In this document: one piece after another, positions 36,884 to 51,060 of the stretch
How the letters are laid out: every line of letters starts with the position of its first letter
How positions within the stretch are numbered: the stretch's first letter is position 1
From: Octopus sinensis
Taxonomy: Eukaryota
Assembly (NCBI RefSeq): GCF_006345805.1
Contig: NC_043003.1
Location: forward strand, 79,360,001-79,424,000
Direction: 5' to 3'
DNA length: 64,000 nucleotides
Program-made: the position numbers and the translations under genes
The notes under the pieces: generated by a model
Database searches by the model: none
Seen by the model: only the letters and a program-made list of their open reading frames with translations
What the model was told of the DNA's origin: nothing

Positions 36884-37226
36884 AAGTAGTTCTCAACTGG
36901 GGCCCATAATGGTTCATATACGATTTTTGGTGGTCTACATAACAAAATAGTAAATTGGGATCTACAAGAGTATTCTAAGGGACCCTGAAAAAATTTTTTA
37001 CTTTAGATGTATGTATTGGTATGTATTGCAAGAAACAGCTAAGTTTCTTTCTCAAATGTTTTACATAGTTTAACCTACACAAGTTAATGTGTGAAGCACA
37101 AAGTAGGAATTTTGAAAGAAGTTTCTATAAAACTATTTTTAAACATTGAAAGGCTATGGGGGTTCACCAGATTAAAATAGTAATCAAAGGGACCCATAGA
37201 TAAAAAAAATTGTTTGAGAATCACTG
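36884..37226. mobile_element. hAT-like MITE
   Basis: Ends agtagttctcaac...tttgagaatcactg resemble CAGTGGTTCTCAA-type TIRs; TSD not preserved. Confidence 0.65.
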
Positions 37227-38879
37227 ATTTACATGATCACTCAGCCTGCTAAAAACAACAGCCAAATCTCCCCCAAATTAAACTCAACCAGCATAAATAA
37301 GGAAATATAAGTTAGTTGATGCGCTCCCTACATAAATATAAAAAGATAAGAGAGTCATAGGTGAAATACATTTGATCCTAAGTTGGTTCATTCAGCTTTG
37401 ATTTGGGGCTAAAAAAACACACCTACTTGATTTTACAAACTTAATGATATTCCATTACAGTCTTGTTGCTACTACCATTAACATAACAGCAAATATTAGC
37501 AAACTCAAGTCGTCAGATCTTAATTGCACAATTGAAATTTGGAGTGTCACTAATCATGCAGTGACAGGGCCAGCCAATGCATTCATAAGACATTTTGCAT
37601 ATGCATGCATGCATGCATACATACATACATACATACATACATACATACATACATACAATAGTATGGGTATAAAGAAATGTTATTGTTTGAAATTGCAAGT
37701 GGAAACAATGTTGTAAGGTTAATGTTTTGGGGAAAGGAGTGGCTTAGGAAAATAGAACATGGTATTTAGTTGATGAGGTTCTTTGCACAGCCTGTAGCAA
37801 ATGAAACACAACCACTTAGCGTTTAACTATCTGGGTTGAACTTCTTTGATATTTAATTGGCCAATGCATGAAAACAAAATGTCCATGAAAAGCAAGCTTA
37901 CAATTAATAATAGCGGTATTTTGAAAAATAAATCCATAATTAATGTGTGATGTGGATAGTGAATTAGGGTCATTAATTCTTTGGCACCAATTGGTTGGCT
38001 GAAAAAGGTGGCATAACTTGCTTCTTGCTTATAAAGTTATTTTTGATATTGTTAGGAAGCAAAAATGTATGTTTGTAACCAACAAGGTTTGAACTGCTGC
38101 AGAAGGAAGTTTTAGAATAAAGCAATGCACATTATTGCTGGACCATGACGAAGTTGAAAAGACAAAGACTGATAGTGCTAATAATAGGCACAAGGCCTGA
38201 AAATTGTAGGTGGTTGGATAGTCGATTACATCAACCCCAGTGCTTGACTGGAACTGGTGTCATTGACCCTGAAAGACTGAGAGGCAAAGTCAACCTCAGT
38301 GGAATTTGCGATCAGAATGTAAAAATGGGTGAAATTCCACTAGACATTTGGTCCAGTTGACTCTTTGAAATCCACTCACAAAGCTTTGATCAGCCTGGTG
38401 ACATAAGTAGAAGATATTTGCCCAAGGAACTATGCAGAGGGATTGAACCCAAAACCATGTGGTTGCAAAACAAACCTCTCACCACACAGCCACACCTGCA
38501 GAGTAAGTCTTTCAGTTTTATCTAATGAAGGTCTATTTAGTAGTGCAGCACCTGTATATAGAAGCATATGACATACATGCAAGAAATATAACAAATCAAT
38601 GTACAGATAAATATATATATGCAAGCAAAATAATGTACATGATATGAAATATAACATTCTGATACAATGTTTACAGAGTGCAGTGATGCTTTACTCCTCA
38701 ACCACTGTGCTGATAATGATAATAGTAATAGGACTAGTGATTTTAATCTTTGACATGACCTTAAAAAAAACAAATCAAAATGACAGGGAAATTGTTTAAT
38801 GAGTTGAATAAATATCATTACATCAGAAGATAAAGGGTGATGTTTTATAGTCATTATAATAAAGATACATTGGATTTCA

Positions 38880-39150
38880 CAGGCATTCACAAGCTGTTGA
38901 AGATGTCCTATGCTGATAAGGCGAAAAAAAAACATCAAGATCTTACAACAGGCTCAGTTCATTGGACACAATGAGAAGAAGACTTGAGCATTTGGTGAAA
39001 AAAAAACACCAGGGAAGATAGAAAGGAATGATGCTCAATGGCCTTAACAAATGGCTTTAGAAACACCAGTTCAATAATATACTAAGTTGTGCATGGGACA
39101 AGGAAGATATAATGGATCATGATTACCAATACCTGAAGTATGGCATATTA
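38880..39150 (+). mobile_element. Degenerate RTE LINE 3' fragment
   Basis: Frameshifted QFIGH..RRRLEHLV..GKIE pattern. Confidence 0.55.
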
Positions 39151-39183
39151 AGAGAGAAAAGTAAAATGTTTGGAGGTACTTAC

Positions 39184-39235
39184 TTAACTCAAAGAAAATA
39201 GCAGGTCCATGAAGAACAATTGACAGGTAGACCAT
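39184..39235 (-). CDS. SLC5: SLC5 exon 3
   Basis: ttttacttttacag, then 52 nt MVYLSIVLHGPAIFFEL+a, then GTAAGT. Homologous to xLYxGIVIYAPAL; phase 0-1. Confidence 0.92.
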
Positions 39236-40210
39236 CTGTAAAAGTAAAACATAAAGGGGAACCTGTTATTTAAATTATAAGAGAAATTGAAATAATGGCT
39301 CTTATCAATCAAGGGTGCAAACAAAAGTAAGAAACAGTTCTAAAACCAGATAGAAGCATTAGACTTTGAAGAAACCTAGAGTAAAACAATTAGCAAAAGT
39401 GAATTCAGTTAACAATATGAAAGATATGTCAGTGTTTTGTAAGATTTTTTTATCCAATATTTTCAATGAGACACTGTATGTTGAAAAGAAAAGGTAGCTC
39501 TTATCCACTATCTATCTGTCTATCTATCAATATTGATACATATACACACACCTACATACATACGTATATATATGTGTGTGTGTGTATATATATGTGTGAC
39601 AAGGCTGGCCCTTTGAAATACTGGAACAACAGAAAGAAGAAGAAAGAGTGAGAGAAAGTTGTGGTGAAAGAGTACAGCAGGGTTCACCACCACCCCCTGC
39701 AAAAACCCTTGTGGAGCTTTAGGTGTTTTCGCTCAATAAACACTCACAATGTCCAGTCTGGGAATTGAAACCACGATTCTACGACAGTGAGTCCACTGCC
39801 GTAGCCACTGAGCCATTGCGCCTCTACATCAAATGGCTTATTTATACCAATATTTATCAAGACAGGATTTGCACTAATAGTTTTAGAGATAGAGTTAGGA
39901 AATATATTTGCCAATTTTCTTTTAAGTTTAGTGTTAGGTATGTAAGAAATTTGCTCATTAAAACCACTTAGTTTCAAGGGGTTATTGCACATTCCCTGTA
40001 AATTAGTGGTTCAGCAAAAAAGATGGTTAGAATAAGTGCTAGGCTTAAAAAAAAAAAGAATAAGAGGTGGAGGCAATTTGTTTGGTTAAAACTCTTCAAG
40101 ACGGTGCCCCAGCATAGCTGCAGTTAATCAAATGAAACAAAATATAAAGAATAAAAAAGTATACATGCATGTATGTATGTTTGTATATATTTACATATAC
40201 ATATGCGCAT

Positions 40211-40265
<55 letters not shown>

Positions 40266-40314
40266 TATATATATATATATATAATCTTATATATATATAT
40301 AATATATATATATA

Positions 40315-40364
<50 letters not shown>

Positions 40365-40849
40365 ATCTTATATATATATATATGTATATATATATGTTCT
40401 ACTTTACTTATGTGTTTTATTCTGGCAGGGTTTCTACGGCTGGGTCCCATCCCTAAAGCTGTGCACTTGATGCATTTTATCTTGGTGCAAACACTAGATA
40501 AGATATTATATATCTAAGAAGACTAACAAGCACTCTTGACCTTGTGGTGTCTCTGCTAACCAATTCAGGGAGTGTACTGAATGCAGTTTATCATAGTACC
40601 AACACTAGATAGGCTGTTATATCTTTGATAAGATTAAAGAACACTCTTGATCTTGCAATGTCAGAATGAGGGCAGGTGTGTGAGAGGTGCTAAGTTATGA
40701 TGGGGAAAAAAAACTAAGTGACTGGAGTTTGAGGATTGAATGACAAAAAAGTGACGGAGCTGTGGGAAGTAAGAGAAGAGAAACAGTAATGGCAGTTACA
40801 TGTTTGGTGGTGTGAGAGAGATCAAATAATAGATGGTAATAGCATAGTG

Positions 40850-42520
40850 GTTGGAGTAGGTGGCAAAATGCATGCAATTCCATTACTGTCCCTTGTTGCA
40901 CCATGCTGCTCTGTATGGGCATGTCACTTATGACATTTCCAAACACACACACACACACATTCCATCCCCCATATCTACCAATTTTCAACAAGTCATTCAC
41001 CATGGACACACCAGTCAATGGATTTTATTATACTGGCTATACTGCATGGAATCTACTCATTATTTTTCTGCATATTGAGCATAGACATTTATATAGCAGG
41101 GTGCTATCTTCTCTCTTACAAAGGTTTCACTAAGTTTACCTAAAGGGCTCTTGATTCAAGGTCTTGGATTCAGGTTGAGAATTTCTTCACCAAATCTTTG
41201 GTAATTCTGCTGTTCTTTCAGATATCTAGCCTTAAACTCTTATGACATGGCCAAGTGGACTATAACAAATGTGAACTGAAGACTGAGTTTTGATGAACCA
41301 CTATGCACTTGTGCTGGTGGCATGTGAAAAGCATTCGAGCGAGGTCATTGCCAGTGCCGCTGGACTGGCTCCTGTGCAGGTGGCACGTAAAAAACGCCAT
41401 TTGAGCGTAGCTGTTGCCAGTACCGCCTGACTGGCCCACATGCCAGTGACACGTAAAAGCACCCACTACACTCTCAGAGTGGTTGGCGTTAGGAAGGGCA
41501 TCCAGCTGTAGAAATTCTGCCAGATCAGGATTGGAGCCTGGTGCAGCCATCTGGTTCACCAGTCCTCAGTCAAATCGTCCAACCCATGCTAGCATGGAAA
41601 ACGGACGTTAAGCGATGATGATGATGATGATGACTATCTATATACTAAACTCATTGCTGTGCTCATTGCTAACAGCACATCTATATGCCCTTGCAAGCCA
41701 TTCATGTTTCCCTGGTTTTCTTAGCGGCACCAGGTTACTCAGTTAGGAACCCTACTAAAGTCTCTTTGCAGTTGATGAATGCTACGTATAGTAGTTTACT
41801 TCTAGTTAAATCATTCTCTCTTTGTTGTGTCGCTAAGAAGAGGATATTGTTATTACTTCTTTTTGACACAAACCTGAACTGCATGTTATTCAGTTTATGC
41901 CTCTTACACTTCCCCTCTCTACTGCAGTTGTCAATGATACTGCTACACCAGTTACTAAGTATGACAAACTCCCATATTACCCGATAGGCTACGTGTGCAA
42001 CTAGCACATGACCTCACTTAGCAGCCAGTTATTTTCAGCATATCAGCAACTATACCTGATGGTCTAGCTGTCTCCCTTGCTTTCAATCCTTAATCAATCT
42101 ATTATAATACTGTTAACTTCGATGGCTGGTCTCTCTGTTGGGTCTATATGGGGTAGACCCTCTTTGTATCATGAATTCTCATTCAACAATCTCTCATAAC
42201 AACACTTCCATGCTTCTTTCTTTTTTCAGCATTGGTAACGGCCAATGTACAACTATCATTCTAATGCACATTTCTCCTTTGATGTCTTGATTTTCTTTAG
42301 CACACTGACTTGCTATCCAGAAGCCCTCCACGTCATGCATCCTCACATCACAGAATATGTGAGAACCTCTTACATTCTGCTTCTTCCCTTGCTTTAATCT
42401 CTTTTCTATCTACTTGTTATTGCTCCCTATGGCTCCATGTCTTCCAGTATTCGCAATCCTATTTCTTGCTTAAATGGTTCTGTATACAGCACAGTGAAAA
42501 CCGTACTAAATGGGCAACTC
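40850..42520 (-). mobile_element. Degenerate RTE LINE fragments (APE-like 40850-41250; RT-proximal 41650-42520) with a family E copy at 41310-41635
   Basis: NNILFLATQQRENDLTRSKLLYVAFINCKET resembles TDAIFLVRQLQEKYLAKNKPLYLAFVDLEKA; also WIASQCAKENQD. Confidence 0.65.
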
Positions 42521-42789
42521 AACAATGGGAACAAAACAGTGAAAAGATAAAGGAGAATGAGGCAGGGTCAGAGAAGAAAGAAACACAGAGTGGATGTAAA
42601 AGGGAGAGGTAGATTGCATTTACATATAAAAGGAGTGTTGTTCAAATTGTAAAAAATAACAAGTTACCTGGTAAACAGGTGAGAAAGCAACAAGAAAGAA
42701 GACATCATAAAGAAAGCTTTATGAAATTGTTTTGTAAAAGTTGCAAAATCATAGAAAATAAAAAAAATATAAAATGTATATACATATAC

Positions 42790-42855
42790 CTGAAGAATGC
42801 AGAACACTGCTGCTCCAAGCAAGCGAAACCAACGTGAATAGCGTAACTCAAGGTA
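42790..42855 (-). CDS. SLC5: SLC5 exon 2
   Basis: Pyrimidine tract ttttccattttctcccactctag, then 66 nt YLELRYSRWFRLLGAAVFCILQ, then GTATAT. Phase 0-0; hallmark YLELR motif. Confidence 0.95.
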
Positions 42856-43359
42856 CTAGAGTGGGAGAAAATGGAAAAAAATTATTCAGAAGGAATGATA
42901 GATTAATATTTTTACGAATAATTTTCTATCAATCAAAACAAATATTTAAAAAAAATTTTTCTCACAAGGCAAAATGAACAACCTGGTTTCAAGAGTTTTC
43001 AATATCTGCAATAGAATGTTGACCTCGCCTATGAAATATTAGCCATTGGGGGAAAACTTTATATGGTCACTCAAACCGCTATTATATGGTCACTCAAACC
43101 GCCATATTTTGCTGAAATCACAACCTAATAACATAAGAAAAGAGGGGATACATTGGATAATAGAATCCAGAAAAAAAATGTCTTATGAGTGAAATGGGTA
43201 GCAAAAACTTTGTGGTAAGGAATTAGCCAGTATTGAGGAGCAGAGCCTGTTATAGTAGAAATAGAAAAAAACAGAATGAAGGGGAGTATTTCTGTGAACT
43301 AGGGGTGGAGTATACTTGTGAGAAATTCTTACCAATCAGCCACATGCACGCACACACAT

Positions 43360-43404
<45 letters not shown>

Positions 43405-45832
43405 GACACACACACACACACGTATATATGCATAGCTATCACTCACAAATTGGTATGACTTGGTAACACACACCATGCTTTCACTGAATGTTTTAGTTAT
43501 CTCTGCTGAATGTGACCCAATACAGACAGCCTCTTCGGGCTCCAGCTTTGACACAGCACAACATCCAGGAGACAATGCACTACCTAGTCCAGGAATCGAA
43601 CCCAAGACCTTATGATCAAGATTTCAACGCTCTAATCTCTAAGCCACCCACCTTTGGTTGGCCCAAGGCTATAGAAAAAGACACTTGCTCAAGGTGCCAT
43701 GCAGTGGGGGTGAACTCAGAACCACGTGGTTCATAAGCAAGCTATTTACCACACATCCACTCCTGTGCCGCCACACAGCTACTCCTGTGCTTCCACACAG
43801 CCACTCCTGTGCCTTGTGTGTGTTTGTGTATTTTTATATTTGTATTTATCACTTCTTGACACAGTGTTGTGGTGTTAAGTCCTTTTAACTTAGAGACTTA
43901 GATAAGTCTCTAACAGAATAAGTAATGGAGTAGATTTGAGTGACTAAAAACTCTTCAAAGAGGTGCCCCAGCATAGCTGCAGTCCAGTGACTGAAAGCAG
44001 TAAAATACTTGTCGGAGTCATTATCCACTCAATAAAGACCTATCCCCAAGCAAAACAGCTAAAGAGTCCTGATGGCAAGTTGCTTTATAGACTGACCAAT
44101 TAATTTTAATATTCAACATCATAGACCTGCTCATTCATGGTTAACCTGAGATTAAAAATCAGTCTGCCACAACCCATTTATATCTCCATAATGAGGAGCG
44201 TGGTTGGATACCTTTGATCACCTAAGGTTTACTAAACAGGGGTTAAACAGCTCTAAACTATTGTTTTTGTATTTTTGCTCATGTTCGTTTGCAGCTGTAA
44301 ATTTTATCACTTGTTTAATTTTCATGCTATAGTAGAAATAGAAAAAACAGAGTGAGGGGAGTACTTCTGTGAACTAGGGGTGGAGTATACTTGTGAGAGA
44401 TCCTTACCAATCAGCCACATGGCTGTCTTTTCAATGTGGTGTAGGATGCTGTTTAGGGCCCAGCTCAATTTTGATTGATCAAACTGCTTTAGTCATGAAC
44501 ATCTCATATTTTACTCAGACATTGTGTATCCAGAAGCACATGATACAATCTTTTATCTTTTACTTGTCTCAGTCATTTGACTGCATCCATACTGGGCCAC
44601 CACCTTGAAGAATTTTTAGTTGAATGAATTCCTCCTCTTCACACAATATTGTTTTAAAGCCTGGTACTTATTCTATCAGTCTCTTTTGCAAAAACCACTA
44701 AGTTATGGGAATGTAACCAAACCAACACTGGTTGTCAAGTGGTGGTGGAGGACACACATAGATATATATGTATACGATGGGCTTCTTTCAGTTTCCACCA
44801 ACAAAATTCACTCACAAGGCTTTGATTGGCCCAAGGCTGTAATAGAAGACACTCGTTCAAATGCACATAGCGGGACTGAACCCAGAACCATGTGGTTGGG
44901 AAGCAAGCTTCTTACCTCACAGTCACGCCTAGGAACTTTAACTTAGCTATCATCTCACTTTGTGCTGTTGTTTATAGAAAAAAGAGCTAAAAAGCAAAAA
45001 ATAAGAAAAAAACAATATAGCCTGACACAATGATATCCTACCCGCTAAAAACAAAACAAAAAATACAAAGAACACCAAAAAACAAAACAAAACAAAATAA
45101 ACCCAAGTCAGAATGCTCAATATAATCATAGGTATCAGTTTCGTAAGGTTACCAAGAAAGAGACTAAAATAGACATCCGGCATTGGTTGAATGCATATTG
45201 CAGAACAGGACATTCTTTGTGCAAGTGGGCAATGCACAAACTGGATTGGTCTATTTCAAAGCAGTATGCATGCTCTGCTGCTTTTTAACATCTGCATTAA
45301 TAACCAGCCAAGAAATAAAAATCGTGACAAACTGATTTGTGTATGGTGACAAATTAGTAGACATATAACAACAGATCTCTACCCATCGCCCTCAAAAACG
45401 TATTGTTGGAAAGTGAACAGAAAATTGGAAATATTTTTATCAACTAAGAACTAGAGTTGACCCTTTTGTTACTATATTTCAGTTGAAATACTGTTTTTCA
45501 TCAAATAAATTTTGAAAATAATTTATTATATAAAATCCGTTCCGTCTGTCTCCATCCGATTGCGCTCAAATTTGATATATAAATATCGACAGTATCAGGG
45601 CATGTATAAGTCTTGAAAAAATTACAAAAATCGATTCCAGGTGAGAATGTGATCGATAAAGCCATGGGAACATGCATTTGTACGCGCAAGTACATCAGTC
45701 GAAATCTGTCTTTTGCTGATGTCTCAAATTTAGGTTAAATCAGTGTTTCTCAAAGGAGAGGCCTATGGGACGGTCAAACAAGTTGTTTCGAGAAAATTTG
45801 GTTTAAATTTTTGACAACTCAGCACCGTCCAT

Positions 45833-46298
45833 TGTATCTGAAAGCATTTCTCTCTAGCTTCCTTGTACATTGTAAAATCAACAGGACATGATACTTGTGC
45901 TAGAAAACAACCCAACAGGTGTGTTACAGTTTGTGGATCTGTGACGCAACCAAATTTTGCCTGTAAGAATATATTAAAATAGCTTTGTCATTAATAAGCT
46001 GATGTTTGGATCATAAATTAACATGAAATTTTAATTGGAAGCTTTAATTTAGATCCCTTTAAAGCAGGAAGTTTGTGCCATACAACCAAGGGCTGTCTCA
46101 GGCAGTTTGGTGTCAAAAAGGTCAGTGACACTCAGCCAGCTGAAACAAAGTTTTCACACACAATGACTCTATTATCTATGATTGCGTCACAGATCCACAA
46201 ACTGTAACACACCTGTTGGGTTGTTTTCTAGCACAAGTATCATGTCCTGTTGATTTTACAATGTACAAGGAAGCTAGAGAGAAATGCTTTCAGATACA
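45833..46298. repeat. Perfect 117-bp inverted repeat with a 232-bp spacer
   Basis: 45833-45949 is the exact reverse complement of 46182-46298. Confidence 0.97.
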
Positions 46299-46709
46299 GT
46301 AGAACAATGTCAGGTTTGCATGATAAGAAAATGTCCGTTGTAAATCTTAATAATGGAGGCACATGGCCTAGTGGTTAGAGCAGTGGACTCACGGTCGAGG
46401 GATCGTGGGTTCGAATCTCAGACCAGACGATGTGTGTGTTTATGAGTGAAACACCTAAGCTCCATGTGGTTCTAGTGGAAGGTAATGGTGAACTTCTGCT
46501 GATTTTTCGTCATAAATTTCTCTCACTCTTTTCCTCCTGCATCTAGCAGCTCACCAGAGATAGACTGGTATCCTGTCCAGGTGGGGAACCTACCTATATG
46601 CCAAAGAAATTGGGAAACTGGCCCTTACGAGCCAGGCGTGGTTCGAGAAGGAACAAACCAAACCATGTAATTCAGAAGCAAGCTTCTTACCACACAGTCA
46701 CAACCTGAT

Positions 46710-47132
46710 TTTTAAAATCTGGTACTTATTCCTTTGGCTTCTATTGCCAAACTGCCAAGTTACAGGGTTATAAACAAACAACAAAGCAACATCTGTTAAG
46801 TGGTGGTGGTGGTGGACAAACACAAGCATAAAGACAAACACACACACACACGCACACATACATCATCATCATCATCATCATCATTTAGCGTCCGCTTTCC
46901 ATGCTAGCATGGGTTGGACGGTTCAACTGGGGTCTGGGGAGCCCGAAGGCTGCACCAGGCCCAGTCAGATCTGGCAGTGTTTCTACGGCTGGATGCCCTT
47001 CCTAACGCCAACCACTCCGTGAGTGTAGTGGGTGCTTTTTACGTGCCACCCGCACAGGTGCCAGACAGAGCTGGCAAACGGCCACGAACGGATGGTGCTT
47101 TTACGTGTCACCGGCACATACATATACATACA

Positions 47133-47214
<82 letters not shown>

Positions 47215-47356
47215 GACAGACTTCTTTCAGTTTCTGTCTACTAAATCCATTCACAAGGCTTTGGTTAGCCCAGGGCTATAGTAGAAACACTTACCTAAGG
47301 TGCCATGCAGTGAAACTGAACCTGAAACCACATGGTTTCCTATCACACAGCCACAC
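46710..47356 (-). mobile_element. Family A SINE with a family E copy nested at 46861-47115
   Basis: The A tail and A head flank an E copy that sits in the internal CA/TA microsatellite. Confidence 0.75.
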
Positions 47357-48404
47357 TTGTGTGCATGTTAAGCTTTCTGGTTTTTCTTTTTTTTTCTTTT
47401 TCTTTTTATTTTGAGGGATGTACCACATCAGAGAATCATTAATTTTCTCAGGCACAGTCATTAGAGTACCAGATAGAAAGCCTCGCGATATTTATTCTAA
47501 TTCTCTTCTTCCCGAGTTCAAACCCTACCAAAGTTGGCTTTATGTTTACCTTTCATCCTTTTGATGGAGTTGACTAAAAAGTAGCAATCTAGAGAGGTGG
47601 ATTGGTGGACCAGATGCAGTGCAGTATTTGGCCCAATTTCTTGTGTTCAGAGTTCAAATCTGTCCAAGGCCTGCTTGGATAATGAACTTAATCAGTCACC
47701 CTATTTAACACCACTACCTGGTACTTTGAGCAATTTTAGTAGAGTTCACTCTGCTGTAAGTATCTGAGCCAAGTCACTGGTTTGAAGATATCTTCCTCCA
47801 AATCTCCCTCCCACCTTAGCACCAATCATTGAAGCTCTACAAAGAGTCAGAGTCATGGGCACTACCTTTCCTCCTGATTATGATAAGGAAAAAAGTAGTT
47901 TACAAACAGTTAAAAACTACAACATCTTCCACAGTATATAGATATCTATGAATCCTTTGTGGTCACTTGATCCATTAGAAATAGCAGTTAAGTCTTCCTT
48001 ATACCACACACCAACTATAATCTTACAAAAAAGTGAAGGACACATTGAATGATTCTTTCTACTTTAGGCACAAGGCCTGGAATTTTGAGAGAGGGGAATA
48101 GTTGTTTACATCAGCCCCAGTGTTCAACTGGTACTTATTTTATTAACACCCAAAAGGATGGAAAGCAAAGTCAACTTTGGTGGAATTTGAACTTAGAAAA
48201 ACAAAGATTAGTGAAAAGCCATTAAGAATTTTGTCCCGTGCGTTAACAGTTCTGCTAGTTTGCTGCCAACAGGGACACTCATTAAATGATATAATTCTAA
48301 ACACATTATATTTGGATGTAAGACAGGATGGTCACAGCTAGAAAGGCTTTTGATCATAATTCTGTTCAGTTAGAGTTACCCTAGCACTAAACAACAACAA
48401 CAAC

Positions 48405-48444
<40 letters not shown>

Positions 48445-48904
48445 AATAGCAATAATTGCAACAATAACCCTGGAGACAGGATTCTTTTGATCACTTGATC
48501 AATAAAGATCTTAATTAGTTCACTAACAAGATAATTAATTGAGACAGCAGACCTCTATTAAAACAAATAAACAAAAGAGCATTAATACTAGAATTACAAG
48601 GAATTTCAGTTCTATTAATATTGATATTTTTTTTTTTCCTTTTCTGTCTATAATTGGGACAAGGCTAAATATCTGGTGGGAAAAAAAGGTGGTGGTGGTG
48701 GTGGTGGTGTGTTGTAATGTTGTCTGTTAACTACATACAATACAAGACTCCTATTCACTTCATAGTTTCCCCGAGAACGTCTGTCGGCAAGTCTACCCTG
48801 GCGGGACTGCGATACAGAGAGTAAAGGAAATAGCAGTGTCTGACATTACTGTGGGGCGACATAACGTTAGGCTTGATGAGATGAAATGCCAGTGGGACAC
48901 ATTT

Positions 48905-51060
48905 ACATAGTTCATGATTACTCATGCAAACACACACATGCAAACACAAACACATACACACACATGCAAACACACACACACATACATGAGAAAATACATG
49001 CACACACATAGATGCAAACTCACACACACACATGCAAATACACATGCACACACATGTAAACACACACACACACACACACTCATGCAAACACACATGTAAA
49101 TACAAAACGCATACATGTAAACACACATACATGCACACATGCATACATGCACACATGCATACATGCATACATGCACACATGCATACATGCACACATGCAT
49201 ACACAAGTTTATGATTACACATACAAACATACACACACATGTATGCAAACACACACATGCAAACACATACACACACACACACATACATGTGAACATACAT
49301 GCACACACACACATGCAAATACATGTAAACACAAACATGTATACATGTAAACACACATACACGCACATATGCATACATCACACATGCATACTCAACACAT
49401 ACATAAACCACACATGGATTACATATGCATTTATTTACATACACATGCATACGTGCACATGTAGGCATGCATGCAAAATTATACATGAATGAATTATATA
49501 TTTTTGCAAGCATATGAATAGGTAGCGGGGCTCCAAAATGGGTTTCAGGGAGTAATGTCCCTGCTTTCCTGAGCTAGTTTTCCACCACATTTCTTTAAAA
49601 TCATAGTAGAGGCCTTAGTCTCAGGACCACTCATGTCCAGAAACTAAGGTTGGGGTTAAGCAAGGGCATGCTCCCTGTATAAAATCCAGCTCCCAAAACA
49701 CCACATGATAGCAAAGGGGAATGAGCGCCAACCAGCCCAAAAGTTGAGGTGGGCTGCACCTGCCTACCTCAGTTGCTATGGCATTGAGGAAGATCCGGTA
49801 GCCCCAGTTAATGGGGACATAACCCAGATTTAAAACATTGAATGATGATGATGATGAATGCAATCAACCACATGCATGCATGTATAGTTAGTGAACAAAC
49901 ACAAATGCACACGTATGCATTCACACAGTATATGCACAATTATACACCAATGTATTATCTATTTTTGCATGCATATGAAAGCAATCAACTATATGTATAT
50001 GCAGTCAGTGCACCAACAAAAGCTTACTTATGCATACACACATTATATGCACGATTATACACTCATGAATTATATATTTGCAAGTATATAAATACAAGCA
50101 ACGACATGTATGCAAGGTTAGAGCACAAACATACATGCATACATATGCATTTGCACACATATACACAATTATACACTAATGAAAGATATTTTTCGCAAGC
50201 ATATGAATGCAATAAAGCACATGTATGTGCAATTAGTGCACAAACGCATATACACATTTGTGCAAGTGCATGAATGCACATATGTGTGAGTACATGTATG
50301 CATACGTATGTATAAATTCAGGACATCCTTACTATACACTTGTATATATATCAAAATGAATCAAAGGTCTTTTCAAGCCATAAGTTGGTGAGATTGGTTA
50401 CCCAGATTCTGTGACTTCTATCCCGCCCCTCATACCTTGCACCCAGCTGGGACATTGGTTTGTGGCATGATTACTAATTTTTGCCAGCTGATTGGTCTGG
50501 AGGAATGTGACATTAAATATTTTCATCAAGAACACAACCCCTCACTCGGTCCAGTAACTGAAAGCACACTCTTACGACCACGAGTGCAACTAACCACAAA
50601 GCCATGCATCTCCACACACACACACACACATACACAGATGTACACACACATATACACACCATATACTAGCACATTATATACGTGTGCAAGTGCACAATGC
50701 ATTCATGAATATGCACATATTCAGCAATTAATGCAAGATTATGCATTTATGCAAAGCAGACACATACCTATAAATATGCATGTGCAAAAAAATGTGTATG
50801 CATGTTAGAAAACATGCGCATGTATGCATAAGCAAATGTATAGATGAATGCACTTGGGTACATTGTGCATAAATGCAGACATGCATACTTGCACAATAAA
50901 ACAATGTATTCAAACATGGAAAATTAAAGCACTCATGCTTGTGCATATATACACATACATAAGTGTGCATACATATGCATGCAAGTGCTTGAATGCATGC
51001 ATACATACATAAATACATATACACATGCATACACGCATATATATGTATATATAGTTAGAC
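48905..51060. repeat. Long degenerate (ACAC/ACATGC/ATAC)n low-complexity tract with a repeat remnant at 49520-49855
   Basis: Source of the many H/T/C/V/M-rich spurious ORFs. Confidence 0.9.

Noticed and set aside
37902-37978. AG...GTAAG-bounded exon-like segment
   Set aside because: No SLC5 similarity in any frame, and the gene model is complete without it.
48755-49513. 252-aa ORF and overlapping H/T/C/V/M-rich ORFs
   Set aside because: Translations of CA/TG/ATGC microsatellite; no domain content.
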